This document shows, piece by piece, positions 49,992-59,191 of a DNA stretch of 64,000 nucleotides. The DNA is from an uncultured Desulfobulbaceae bacterium. GTDB lineage: Bacteria > Desulfobacterota > Desulfobulbia > Desulfobulbales > CALZHT01. The stretch covers positions 22,460 through 86,459 of the forward strand of contig CALZHT010000001.1 in NCBI GenBank assembly GCA_945787445.1, written 5' to 3'. The notes beneath the pieces are model-generated. The model made no database searches. It worked only from the letters and a program-made list of their open reading frames with translations, and was not told the origin of the DNA. How positions within the stretch are numbered: position 1 is the first letter of the stretch; every line of letters begins with the position of its first letter. The position numbers and the translations under genes were made by a program.

Positions 49992-51809
49992 ATGAAGGGC
50001 GGAGAAGCGGAATTCATGCGCGAATATGACACCATCCCACATATGTTTTTCAGCCAGGTACAAAGATATGGTGATAGAACCGCACTCCTTCATAAGAAGG
50101 GAGGCAGTTATCAGTCTATTACCTGGAATGAGTTCGGCCACATGGTCCGGGAAGTGGCCTGTGGGCTTATTGAACTGGGGGTGAAGGCCGGCGACCACAT
50201 AGGGCTCATGTCATATAACCGGCCGGAATGGGCAATTGCCGATCTTGCCATTATGTCGGTCGGCGCCATAACTGTGCCAATCTACCACACCAGCTCCACA
50301 GTCAGGACCAATTTTATTTTGGATAAAACCAAAGCAGATCTAGCTTTTGTTGCCCGATCTGAAAAAGCTGAAATGCTTTCCACCTGTAAGGCCCCGGTGC
50401 AGAGCATCATATCACTGGATCCAAAAGGTGCTGATTCTCCAGGAATCTGCGGCTATGATTATCCGGAGCTTCGTGATTTGGGAGCAAAACATCTGCAAAA
50501 GTTTGCGGATAATCAATTGGTCACTAGAATGCGGCAATTACAGGCGAATAACTGCGCCACCATAATCTTTACTTCCGGCACAACCGGAGAACCCAAGGGC
50601 GTCATGCTCTCCCATAAAAATATCCTGGAAAATGCTGGCGCAGGCCTTGCGTCAGCCCCTGTTGACGATGATGATATTTATCTGTCCTTCCTGCCCCTGA
50701 GCCATGCCTTTGAACGGACTGTCGGCCATTTTCTCATGCTGATGGCGGGCGCCACCATTGCTTACGCTGCCTCAATGCGCACGGTGGCGGACAACATTCT
50801 CGAAGTCCGGCCGACAATAATGCTCGGCGTGCCCCGCTTTTATGAAAAACTGTATGCCGGGGTGATGGAAAAGATTCATTCCGCTCCTGCCACACGTCAA
50901 GCTTTCTTCCATTGGGGGATTTCCAAGGGGCACCAAAAACGGATCCAGGTAGAGCAGGGACAGAAACCCGGCTGGGACCTGCGGCTGCAGCTGTGGATCG
51001 CCGAATGTCTTATTTTTTCCAAACTGAAAAAACGGCTGGGCGGCAGACTGAAATATTTTGTTTCGGGCGGCGCTCCTTTAACCCGTGAAATTGTTGAGTT
51101 CTTTCTAGATGCAGGAATTGATATCCTGGAAGGATACGGCCTCACGGAATTTTCACCGGTTATCTCGGTGAACAGACTGGGGAAAATTCGGCCCGGAACA
51201 GTTGGCCTCCCATTCCCCGGAGTTGAAGTAAAAATAGCAGACGATGGGGAGATTGCCGTGCGTGGTCCATCCATTATGCTTGGGTATTATCAGGATGAAA
51301 AGGCCACCACAGATGTTATCAGGGACGGCTGGCTCCACACCGGGGATATGGGCGAACTGGAAAATGGCTACTTGCGCATAGTTGATCGGAAGAAGGACAT
51401 CATTATTACCTCCGGCGGTAAGAACATCCCGCCGCAGTTTGTCGAAAATCTTGTTGAGACCGATGAATTTATCGCCCAGATTATGCTCTATGGCGACCGG
51501 AAAAAATTTGTTTCCGCCCTGGTCATTCCAGATTACAAACACCTCGCTACCGAGTTGCCAAAAATAAGGATTCAGGAAGACCTTTCCCCGGAAAAATTGG
51601 CCGCCAAATATGAAATATATGACTTTCTGATGGAAAGGATAAATGAGAAAACGAAAGACCTGCCGGAGTATGAGAAAATAAAAAAAATCGTTGTGCTCTC
51701 CGATCCCTTTACTGAAGAAAAAGGCGAACTCACCCCGACAATGAAGATCCGAAGAAAAAAGATCACAGAGAAATATATTGACCGGCTTGAAGCCTTGTAT
51801 GAGGATTGA
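49992..51809 (+). CDS. fadD: Long-chain fatty acid-CoA ligase (AMP-dependent)
   Basis: FTSGTTGEPKG, EGYGLTE, LHTGD, DRKKD, LTPTMK. Confidence 0.9.
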   Translation: MKGGEAEFMREYDTIPHMFFSQVQRYGDRTALLHKKGGSYQSITWNEFGHMVREVACGLIELGVKAGDHIGLMSYNRPEWAIADLAIMSVGAITVPIYHTSSTVRTNFILDKTKADLAFVARSEKAEMLSTCKAPVQSIISLDPKGADSPGICGYDYPELRDLGAKHLQKFADNQLVTRMRQLQANNCATIIFTSGTTGEPKGVMLSHKNILENAGAGLASAPVDDDDIYLSFLPLSHAFERTVGHFLMLMAGATIAYAASMRTVADNILEVRPTIMLGVPRFYEKLYAGVMEKIHSAPATRQAFFHWGISKGHQKRIQVEQGQKPGWDLRLQLWIAECLIFSKLKKRLGGRLKYFVSGGAPLTREIVEFFLDAGIDILEGYGLTEFSPVISVNRLGKIRPGTVGLPFPGVEVKIADDGEIAVRGPSIMLGYYQDEKATTDVIRDGWLHTGDMGELENGYLRIVDRKKDIIITSGGKNIPPQFVENLVETDEFIAQIMLYGDRKKFVSALVIPDYKHLATELPKIRIQEDLSPEKLAAKYEIYDFLMERINEKTKDLPEYEKIKKIVVLSDPFTEEKGELTPTMKIRRKKITEKYIDRLEALYED

Positions 51810-51951
51810 GTTTCCGGTGGCTTATGATCCAAATGCAGCAAAGGCGGTTTGTGTCATCAATATATCGCAACCCATCTGAAATGGATTGTCATTCTTCTCA
51901 GGCAAGCAAAAAAAAGTAGTCTCACGAGAAAAATTTGTGGGAGCTGAGAAA

Positions 51952-52866
51952 TTACAAAGCGCCAAAGAATCTTCGGACCAGGGAGGATTTTTCTGCATAT
52001 TTTTTTCTAATTTCCGGGAGCGCCTTTCTGGCCGCTTCTTCGCCTTGCAGGAAGCATCCACCCACACATTCAAAAGTTGCCCAACTAACATTTCCCATAT
52101 CAGGTATGATTATAACATCAGCATCTTTGCTCTTTAATTTTGTGAGGGTCGCTCTGGTTATGGCATTGGTTCTCTGCAATATGTCCAGGCCGGTGTCTGT
52201 GGAAAATTCCTGTTCAAGTTCACCGGCAACATCTACGCCAATGACAAAGTCGGCGCCCAATTTGCTGCAGGCGCTGGTGGGCAGCTGGTTGACCCAACCG
52301 CCGTCAAGCAGGGTTCTGCCCTGAAAGTCAATGGGCGGAAAAACACCTGGTATTGCCGATGAGGCTGCCACGGCAAGCCTCAGTGGACCTTCGGTAAGAA
52401 TTACTTCCTCACCGTTATTGACATCGGTACACACAATGGCAAGAGGAATTCTGGTATCTTTGATATCGATATCATCGATGAGAAAGGAGATGTTTTCCAT
52501 GTAAACATCGAGGGGCACATACGATTGCTGACGGGCTAAAGCAACATTGAAAAATATTTTCTTGCGTAAAAATCGGGACAGGGCATCAAACAGGCCTTCA
52601 CTGTTGGTGCTTTCATCCTGTTCAGCCAGGAAATCCAGTTTTATGCGGTCAAAACAATCACAGGTAAAATAATCATGGACCTTTTCAACAACGCTGTCAA
52701 TATCAAGACTGCTCGCAAAGAGAGCGCCGGCTATGGCACCGATGCTTGTTCCGACGATAAGGTCCGGCTGTATGCCTTCGCTCAGAAGAACTTTGACAAC
52801 GCCGACATGGGCAAGTCCTCTACCGCCACCACCGCCAAGGGCAAAACCGATCTTTTTTTTCCCCAT
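51952..52866 (-). CDS. Patatin-like phospholipase
   Basis: GGGGGRGLAH, GTSIG, DGG. Confidence 0.9.
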   Translation of the reverse strand: MGKKKIGFALGGGGGRGLAHVGVVKVLLSEGIQPDLIVGTSIGAIAGALFASSLDIDSVVEKVHDYFTCDCFDRIKLDFLAEQDESTNSEGLFDALSRFLRKKIFFNVALARQQSYVPLDVYMENISFLIDDIDIKDTRIPLAIVCTDVNNGEEVILTEGPLRLAVAASSAIPGVFPPIDFQGRTLLDGGWVNQLPTSACSKLGADFVIGVDVAGELEQEFSTDTGLDILQRTNAITRATLTKLKSKDADVIIIPDMGNVSWATFECVGGCFLQGEEAARKALPEIRKKYAEKSSLVRRFFGAL

Positions 52867-53169
52867 AATATAACTCTAACAGTATAAAATCGTTCAAATT
52901 ATTCACCGTATGGCATCCGGTAGAGAAAGGCAAGGTATTTTTTTAAGAAAAGTCCTTATGGTTATGGTTGGAGAATCAATGGGACGCTGCCTTATGCTAT
53001 GCTTAGCCGATAAAGGGGGCGACCATCCAACCACTCTTTGCAATGTTCATCACGATCAAGGTAATAAAGTTTATTGCCATTTGGCATAATTATAGGCGGA
53101 CTCCGCCGGATCCTCGCTCGTTCCTTTCCTGGCTCGACTCCTCGAACTTATGTCGCTCTGCATAAGATG

Positions 53170-54447
53170 TTATTTCATCCAATGCGGTCTGCTGGCCATC
53201 CATTCTTGAACTGTCTCCTGAAGCCACTCGGCAAGGTCCGGGACAAGATAGAAACGCGGCACCAGCAGATCTTCCTCTGCACCAATTATGCCATGTTCCC
53301 AGGCCATTTCGGCTAATTTGGTTTTGGGATAAATGCGAATTCCAATGGTGATCTTCATGGCCTCCAGCTCTAACGAGTCGGCAAACTGCATACTCTCCAG
53401 GGCAGTATGTTTTGTTTCACCCGGACCACCCAGCAACAGAAAACCGAGGCGGGCAATGCCCTTTTCACCAAGGATGCTGGCGACACGGCGCACATCCGCT
53501 GTGGAAAATCCCTTACCCATACTCTTCAAAATCGTATTGGAACCGCTTTCAAACCCCAGAGCTACCTGTTTACAGCCGGATTTGGCCATCAGGTCCGCCA
53601 ATTCCTCATCAACGACCTTTGGATAGATAATACAGCGCCAGCTCAGGGGCTCTTGAAGTTCTGTAAGAATTTGGCGGCAGAGGTCCTTGGCATATTGGAG
53701 TGGCAGGTTAAAGGTGTTATCGACAAAAAAGAAGTTCCTGAAACCGGCAGCCTGCCAGTGGGCAAGCCATTTCATAACCATTGCAATGGATCGCTTTCTT
53801 GTTATCCGTCCTTCAATGGATGAAGTGGAACAATAGCTGCATTGCATAGGGCATCCTCGCCTGGTCTGCACCGGCATCCATCGTTCTTCTTCGTGAAGAA
53901 ATGGAGGCAACCAAAGGTTGGAGTCCGGCAAAGGAAAACTGTCCATATCAGGCTTTTCTGTTAATGGTATAAAGGATGGCTTTCCCAGTATAACAAGCCC
54001 GGGAATTGTAGAGACCTTTTCATTATTTCTTAATTTGTCCAGTAGGGCAGGAAAAACATATTCACCCTCCCCATGCACACCGAAATCTGCGCCCAGATAT
54101 TGCAGAACGCGCACCGGAAAGATGGAATAGCCTGCGCCGCCCAGCACCACCGGTACCGGAGTCAACGATTTACAAACATTGATGATTTCCTTTATGGGTT
54201 CCAAAAGAAAACGGGGCTCTGCTGACTGTTGGTCGTCAATATTGCGGACGGAAATACCGATAACCTCTGGTTGGAAGGCAGTAATGGTCTGGGTGATGCG
54301 ATCGATTGGTGATTCTTCAGTTAACAGGTCCAATAACAGGGTCTCATGACCAGCGGCTCTGGTGGCTGCAGCGACGCAAGCCAGGCCGAGCGGCAGGGTG
54401 GCCATGTTTATTTGTTCTGTGTTGGCAGAGATAAATAAAATTTTCAA
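53170..54447 (-). CDS. Cobalamin-binding radical SAM protein
   Basis: N-terminal B12 domain (PLGLACV, IGISVRNID, LGGAGYS, GEGE) and RGCPMQCSYC. Confidence 0.88.
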   Translation of the reverse strand: MKILFISANTEQINMATLPLGLACVAAATRAAGHETLLLDLLTEESPIDRITQTITAFQPEVIGISVRNIDDQQSAEPRFLLEPIKEIINVCKSLTPVPVVLGGAGYSIFPVRVLQYLGADFGVHGEGEYVFPALLDKLRNNEKVSTIPGLVILGKPSFIPLTEKPDMDSFPLPDSNLWLPPFLHEEERWMPVQTRRGCPMQCSYCSTSSIEGRITRKRSIAMVMKWLAHWQAAGFRNFFFVDNTFNLPLQYAKDLCRQILTELQEPLSWRCIIYPKVVDEELADLMAKSGCKQVALGFESGSNTILKSMGKGFSTADVRRVASILGEKGIARLGFLLLGGPGETKHTALESMQFADSLELEAMKITIGIRIYPKTKLAEMAWEHGIIGAEEDLLVPRFYLVPDLAEWLQETVQEWMASRPHWMK

Positions 54448-54459
54448 ATTTCCTCTCTC

Positions 54460-55215
54460 TTACTGCATATACAACCCACCGCATACCGGAATATATTCTC
54501 CTGTCAAGTAATCGGACAGAGAAGAAGCGAGAAAAACAACAACCTTGGCCATATCATCCGCCTGGCCCACTCTTTTGAGCGGCGTAATGGCGGCAACTTG
54601 CTCTTTTATATCCTGCGGCAGACCAGCGGTGGCATCAGTCTCGGTCAAACCAGGGCCGATGGTATTTGCCGTAATTCCAAGCGGCCCCAATTCGGTTGCC
54701 ATGACCCGGACGATACTATCCATTGCCGCCTTTGCTGCGGCATGGGCCGCAAAGCCATAGTCTGGCGAGCGCGAAAGGGTGCTGCTGATAAAAATCAATT
54801 TTCCTGACTTTTTTGGTAGCATGTCCTTCAGAACCGCTTGGGAACAATTATATAAAGATTTCATTTCATCGATGATCTTGGTTTCGATTTCATTCCAGGA
54901 CAATTCTATGAATGGTTTCATGGGAAAATCAATATTTGCATTATTTACCAGGATGTCGACCTTCCCATATTCCTTGACTACAGAATCAACCATGCGGTCA
55001 ACCTCGCCGCGGTCTCGCACATCTGCCTTGATAGCCATTCCGCGTCCGTTGTTTTGCCTGATTTCCTCTAAGAGCTTGTCTGCCTTATCTTTGGACTGGA
55101 AATAATTAATGATTACTATTGCTCCAGAAGCTGCAAGCGCTTTGGCGGAAGCAGCCCCTATGCCTCTACTGGCGCCGGTTATCAGCGCAACTCTATCCTT
55201 CAGACCAATATCCAT
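54460..55215 (-). CDS. SDR family oxidoreductase with HxxxK active site
   Basis: TGASRGIG, NNA, S...AAHAAAK, PGLTET. Confidence 0.88.
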   Translation of the reverse strand: MDIGLKDRVALITGASRGIGAASAKALAASGAIVIINYFQSKDKADKLLEEIRQNNGRGMAIKADVRDRGEVDRMVDSVVKEYGKVDILVNNANIDFPMKPFIELSWNEIETKIIDEMKSLYNCSQAVLKDMLPKKSGKLIFISSTLSRSPDYGFAAHAAAKAAMDSIVRVMATELGPLGITANTIGPGLTETDATAGLPQDIKEQVAAITPLKRVGQADDMAKVVVFLASSLSDYLTGEYIPVCGGLYMQ

Positions 55216-55245
55216 ATTTCCTCCTCAGGTTTCTCCTCTTTAAAA

Positions 55246-55349
55246 TTGATAGTCCGGTAAAAATCGGGAAAGCGGTTAACGTGCCATGTAATTTCAAGGA
55301 TTTACACAGTAATACAACGATGAATTTGGATTTTTTACGAATTCATCAA
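55246..55349 (+). repeat. ~100-bp dispersed repeat / degenerate MITE, copy B
   Basis: Imperfect TIRs TTGATAGTCCGGTAAAAATC / GATTTTTTACGAATTCATCAA; shares the 18-mer at 55267-55284 with copy A. Confidence 0.7.
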
Positions 55350-55629
55350 TATTGACATAATATTTGTAATTCTTTTGGTCAGAATCATCCATGTTGGAGA
55401 ATGATGTCAAGCAGGAGTTAGCCGTTAAAAACAAAAAAGTGGCAGTGGAACAGAAAAAACAATAATTAATTTGGATTTTTATGATGAACATGGTCCGGTA
55501 AAGACCTTTACGAGACCTTCGCATTTGATTCAGTTCCATATTGTAATAATGTAGGACAATCCAGGGACTTCTTTACCAACTCCATGCCTGAAATACTACA
55601 ATCCGGACCATGGTTTTTTACGTATCGCC

Positions 55630-55646
55630 GTGATACTTTTGTGATA
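55630..55646 (+). promoter_or_regulatory. Putative response-regulator box GTGATA-N5-GTGATA (autoregulatory)
   Basis: GTGATACTTTT GTGATA, 11-bp spacing, ~90 bp upstream of the regulator ATG; the same motif recurs at 57966-58004. Confidence 0.65.
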
Positions 55647-55734
55647 AGTAATACTTACAATTGAACCAAGGGAATGATTGAAGTTAGTGCAACACCAGGG
55701 CTTTAAAGGATCCAATGCAGCTATCGGAGTAATT

Positions 55735-56454
55735 ATGGCACGTCGAATTCTTGTTATAGAAGACAATAAGGATCTAGCAAAACTTCTTGAAATGCACTTA
55801 CGAGATCTCTCCTTGGAAGTAGACCTGGCCCACGATGGTGTTGCCGGTCTTACCAAAGCTGACGCCGTACAGTATGACCTTGTAATTCTCGATCTGATGC
55901 TGCCCGGTTTGGATGGCATAGAAATCTGCCGGCATCTTCGCACAAAAAAAACCTATACCCCTATTCTGATGCTGACTTCCAAATCTTCAGAGCTGGACAG
56001 GATACTCGGTCTGGAAATAGGGGCTGATGATTATGTCACCAAACCCTTCAGCATCAAGGAATTGATGGCCAGGGTAAAGGCCATCCTCCGTCGATCTGAA
56101 AAGATGCAAACTCCGAGCGCGCAAAATACCATGGAGATATTACGGACCGGCGATCTGGTAATCAACTCGGCACAACGGACCGTAAATCGCCGGGGTATGA
56201 CCATTGATCTCACCGCCAAGGAGTTCGATCTCCTGCTCCATTTTGCCCGACACCCCGGGCGGGTTTACACTCGTGCCCAGTTGCTGGATACCATCTGGGG
56301 TTATGGGCACGATGGTTACGAACACACGGTCAATTCGCACATGAACCGGTTGCGCGCAAAAATAGAGGAAAATCCTTCCAAGCCCCGATACATTCTGACT
56401 GTCTGGGGTGTGGGCTATAAATTTAACGACCCCGATCAAAACTCCACGGAATAG
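55735..56454 (+). CDS. OmpR/PhoB family response regulator
   Basis: IEDN, LDLMLPGLDG, GADDYVTKPF, winged helix LTAKEFDLL...TVNSHMNRLRAK...TVWGVGYKF; start at ATG 55735. Confidence 0.93.
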   Translation: MARRILVIEDNKDLAKLLEMHLRDLSLEVDLAHDGVAGLTKADAVQYDLVILDLMLPGLDGIEICRHLRTKKTYTPILMLTSKSSELDRILGLEIGADDYVTKPFSIKELMARVKAILRRSEKMQTPSAQNTMEILRTGDLVINSAQRTVNRRGMTIDLTAKEFDLLLHFARHPGRVYTRAQLLDTIWGYGHDGYEHTVNSHMNRLRAKIEENPSKPRYILTVWGVGYKFNDPDQNSTE

Positions 56455-56456
56455 AA

Positions 56457-57941
56457 ATGTTACGATCTCTCTATTCAAAATTTGCCGCTGTCCTAATGAT
56501 CCTATTTATCATAGTGGGGATATTCGCCCTGGCAGTGATTTTTTTCGCCACTGATATGTATCACCAGGAGGTAAACCAGAAACTCAACCGTAATTTGGCC
56601 CGCAATATCGTTGCTGAAAAACTGCTGATTCAAGACAAGCGCATCAACCACGCAGCCCTTGAGGAGGTTTTTCATATGCTAATGGTTATCAACCCTGCTA
56701 TCGAACTCTACCTTCTCGACCCGGAAGGAAAAATCATGGCCTTCTCCGCCGATCCCGGTAAAGTCAAGCGCCAACACATCAACCTGGCGCCGGTCCGGCA
56801 ATGGCTTGCCGATGACCCGGCCATTCCGCTTCTCGGTGAAGATCCCCGCGATCCAGGCAGGCAAAAGGTTTTTTCCGCTGCCCCCATCCCCAGCAGCGGA
56901 AAACCGGAAGGATATCTCTACATTATTCTGGGAGGAGAGGACTATGACAACATAGCTCAGAAAATTCAGTCCAGTTATATCCTCAAGCTCTCCAGCCGGC
57001 TGATCGGCGCCGGCTTGGTTTTTGCCCTGGTGGCTGGTTTGCTGGTTTTTGCCTTATTGACCGGCAGACTCAAAAAACTGGCTGCAGCTATGGATGCATT
57101 TACAAAAGGCAAACCGCTTTCCTCCATTGAGTTGCTACCAGTGAACAAGCAGGCTGGCCATGGCGATGAAATCGATCATTTTTCACTGACTTTCAGGGAC
57201 ATGGCGGCCCGTATCGAAGAACAGATTGACAGATTGCAGCAAAGCGATCTACTGCGGCGCGAACTGGTTGCCAATGTTTCCCACGACCTGCGCACTCCAC
57301 TTGCCACTCTTACCGCATACATTGAAACCCTTGTCCTTAAAGAAGGTGATCTGAACACGGAAGAGCGCCGCAACTACCTGAAGATTGCCGGGAAACATTG
57401 TGAGAGGCTGAATACTCTGGTAAGCGATCTTTTTGAATTGGCCAGGCTTGATGCCGAAGAAAGCCACCTCCAGCAGGAATCTTTCAGCATTGCCGAACTG
57501 GTCCAGGATGTGGTGCAGAACTATGAACTAACGGCCAATGACCAACAGCTTAACCTGATTACCAATATCGGTCAGGAGGTCCCTTTTGTGTTCGCCGATA
57601 TCGGCCTCGTGCAGCGGGTTCTTGAAAACCTTATCACCAATGCCATGCGGCATACGCCGAAAGATGGTACCGTCAGTATTATCCTAACTCCTGAAAAGGA
57701 TAGTGTCAAAATCCAGGTACTGGACACCGGCTCCGGCATCCCTCAGGATGCTTTACCCCACATCTTTAAACGTTTTTACAAAATAAGCGCTTCCGGGTCC
57801 CACCATCCTTCCTATGCCGGACTGGGGCTGGCAATCACCAAGCGCATCCTGGAGTTGCACGGCAGCGACATTGAGGTGCAGAGTGAACTTCATGCCGGCA
57901 CATGCTTTACCTTCAGGCTACCTGTCCATACTACGGGCTGA
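56457..57941 (+). CDS. Membrane sensor histidine kinase (2 TM, periplasmic domain, HAMP)
   Basis: ANVSHDLRTPL, NLITNAMRHT, DTGSGI, GLGLAI. Confidence 0.93.
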   Translation: MLRSLYSKFAAVLMILFIIVGIFALAVIFFATDMYHQEVNQKLNRNLARNIVAEKLLIQDKRINHAALEEVFHMLMVINPAIELYLLDPEGKIMAFSADPGKVKRQHINLAPVRQWLADDPAIPLLGEDPRDPGRQKVFSAAPIPSSGKPEGYLYIILGGEDYDNIAQKIQSSYILKLSSRLIGAGLVFALVAGLLVFALLTGRLKKLAAAMDAFTKGKPLSSIELLPVNKQAGHGDEIDHFSLTFRDMAARIEEQIDRLQQSDLLRRELVANVSHDLRTPLATLTAYIETLVLKEGDLNTEERRNYLKIAGKHCERLNTLVSDLFELARLDAEESHLQQESFSIAELVQDVVQNYELTANDQQLNLITNIGQEVPFVFADIGLVQRVLENLITNAMRHTPKDGTVSIILTPEKDSVKIQVLDTGSGIPQDALPHIFKRFYKISASGSHHPSYAGLGLAITKRILELHGSDIEVQSELHAGTCFTFRLPVHTTG

Positions 57942-57965
57942 TCTTTCCACTACCTTTCTCTTCCC

Positions 57966-58004
57966 GTGATACAAAAGTGATACTTTCGTGAATTTTCTGT
58001 GATC
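57966..58004 (+). promoter_or_regulatory. Four tandem GTGA(TA) half-sites at 11-bp period; putative operator for the spondin-msrAB genes
   Basis: GTGA starts at 57966, 57977, 57988 and 57999. Confidence 0.7.
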
Positions 58005-58070
58005 CTTCGGGCTTATGGTTGATTTATGGCCATAGTGAGGCGGCTGGAAATGGATATGGGCCGTCAAGTG

Positions 58071-58221
58071 ATACTAAATTGCATTCAAAGAGATAACAAG
58101 GCGTTAAGGAGGAAGCTCCGGAGGTGTATATGAAATACGTCGAGGAAGCTGACGACGCAGCCAATTCAGTTCAATCCCCCCTGGAGGGGGACAAGGTTCG
58201 AATTTGAATGCGACTTGGTAT
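58071..58221. mobile_element. MITE-like element (~150 bp)
   Basis: TIRs ATACTAAATTGCATTCAAA / TTTGAATGCGACTTGGTAT match 16/19 with TA at both ends; internal core shared with the 7.2-kb element. Confidence 0.65.
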
Positions 58222-58322
58222 GAGATCAATCAACAACCATAGGCAAAGGAGGTGAGGGAAAACACAAACGCTGAAACAGTTTGAGGCATGGTCAAATAAT
58301 TAACAATCGTGGAGGGAAAACT

Positions 58323-59006
58323 ATGAACAGAACATTGAAGGTATCACTTAGATTATTGATTGTATTCAGTCTGTTGGTCGGCCTTGCTCCTGCAACAGTC
58401 AACGCCGATGACGGCGCTGTCCACTACGAAGTAACCGTTACCAACGCAACCCGGGACCAGATCTTCACTCCTATTCTGGTGGCCACCCACAAAAAGGGGG
58501 TCAGGCTTTTCAGTTTGGGTGATCCTGCTTCCGAGGAATTGGCCCAATTAGCCGAGGGGGGCGCCACTGCACCACTGGCCGAACATCTGATGGCCATACC
58601 CTCCGTCGGTCAGGTCGTGGATTCGGGCGGACTGCTCATGCCCGGAGAAACCGTGACTGTGACCGTTAAAGCAGGCCGCGGCTATAAATATATCAGCCTG
58701 GCTGCCATGCTGGTGCCGACCAACGACGGGTTTATCGCCTTGAACAGCGCAAAAGCGCCAAGGGGCGCGAAAATGGTGCGCTATTTTTCACCGGTTTATG
58801 ATGCAGGCAGTGAGATGAACGATGAATTATGCGAGAGTATCCCGGCCGGTGGTGGTTGCGCCGGGGAAGGGCACAACGTTGAGAGCGGTGAAGGGTATGT
58901 TCATATTCATGCAGGCATCCATGGCATTGGCGACCTGGATGCCGACCAATATGACTGGCGCAACCCTGCTGCAAAGGTAACAATCAAACGCATTGTTCAA
59001 TGGTAA
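58323..59006 (+). CDS. Secreted Spondin_N domain protein
   Basis: Signal peptide (..APATVNA/DD), [50 protein letters not shown]. Confidence 0.8.
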   Translation: MNRTLKVSLRLLIVFSLLVGLAPATVNADDGAVHYEVTVTNATRDQIFTPILVATHKKGVRLFSLGDPASEELAQLAEGGATAPLAEHLMAIPSVGQVVDSGGLLMPGETVTVTVKAGRGYKYISLAAMLVPTNDGFIALNSAKAPRGAKMVRYFSPVYDAGSEMNDELCESIPAGGGCAGEGHNVESGEGYVHIHAGIHGIGDLDADQYDWRNPAAKVTIKRIVQW

Positions 59007-59134
59007 AACTGCAAGGAATGACAAGGGCAGGTTTTCGGTCTAACACGGTGATGGGAATTCCGACAATGGAGTGTCCCGGTCACCTGCACCGGAAAAATGT
59101 CTGTACCAGATACCAGGTATTATCAGCAAAAATA

Positions 59135-59177
59135 GGGGCCCGGTCAATCTCAGGCTTCGCGCCGGGCCCCACCTTTT
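59135..59177 (+). terminator. GC-rich hairpin between the spondin gene and msrAB
   Basis: GGGGCCCGG...CCGGGCCCC followed by ACCTTTT; may be a partial terminator or mRNA stabiliser. Confidence 0.45.
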
Positions 59178-59191
59178 CCGGAGGTAACATT

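Noticed and set aside
53060-53172. attC-like sequence after the radical SAM stop (TAAC...ATGCAG...)
   Set aside because: No matching GTTRRRY end, no second copy and no integrase in the window.
59000-59191. 64-aa N-terminal extension of MsrAB in the ORF track
   Set aside because: The RBS and signal peptide point to ATG 59192, and the extension spans an intergenic hairpin.
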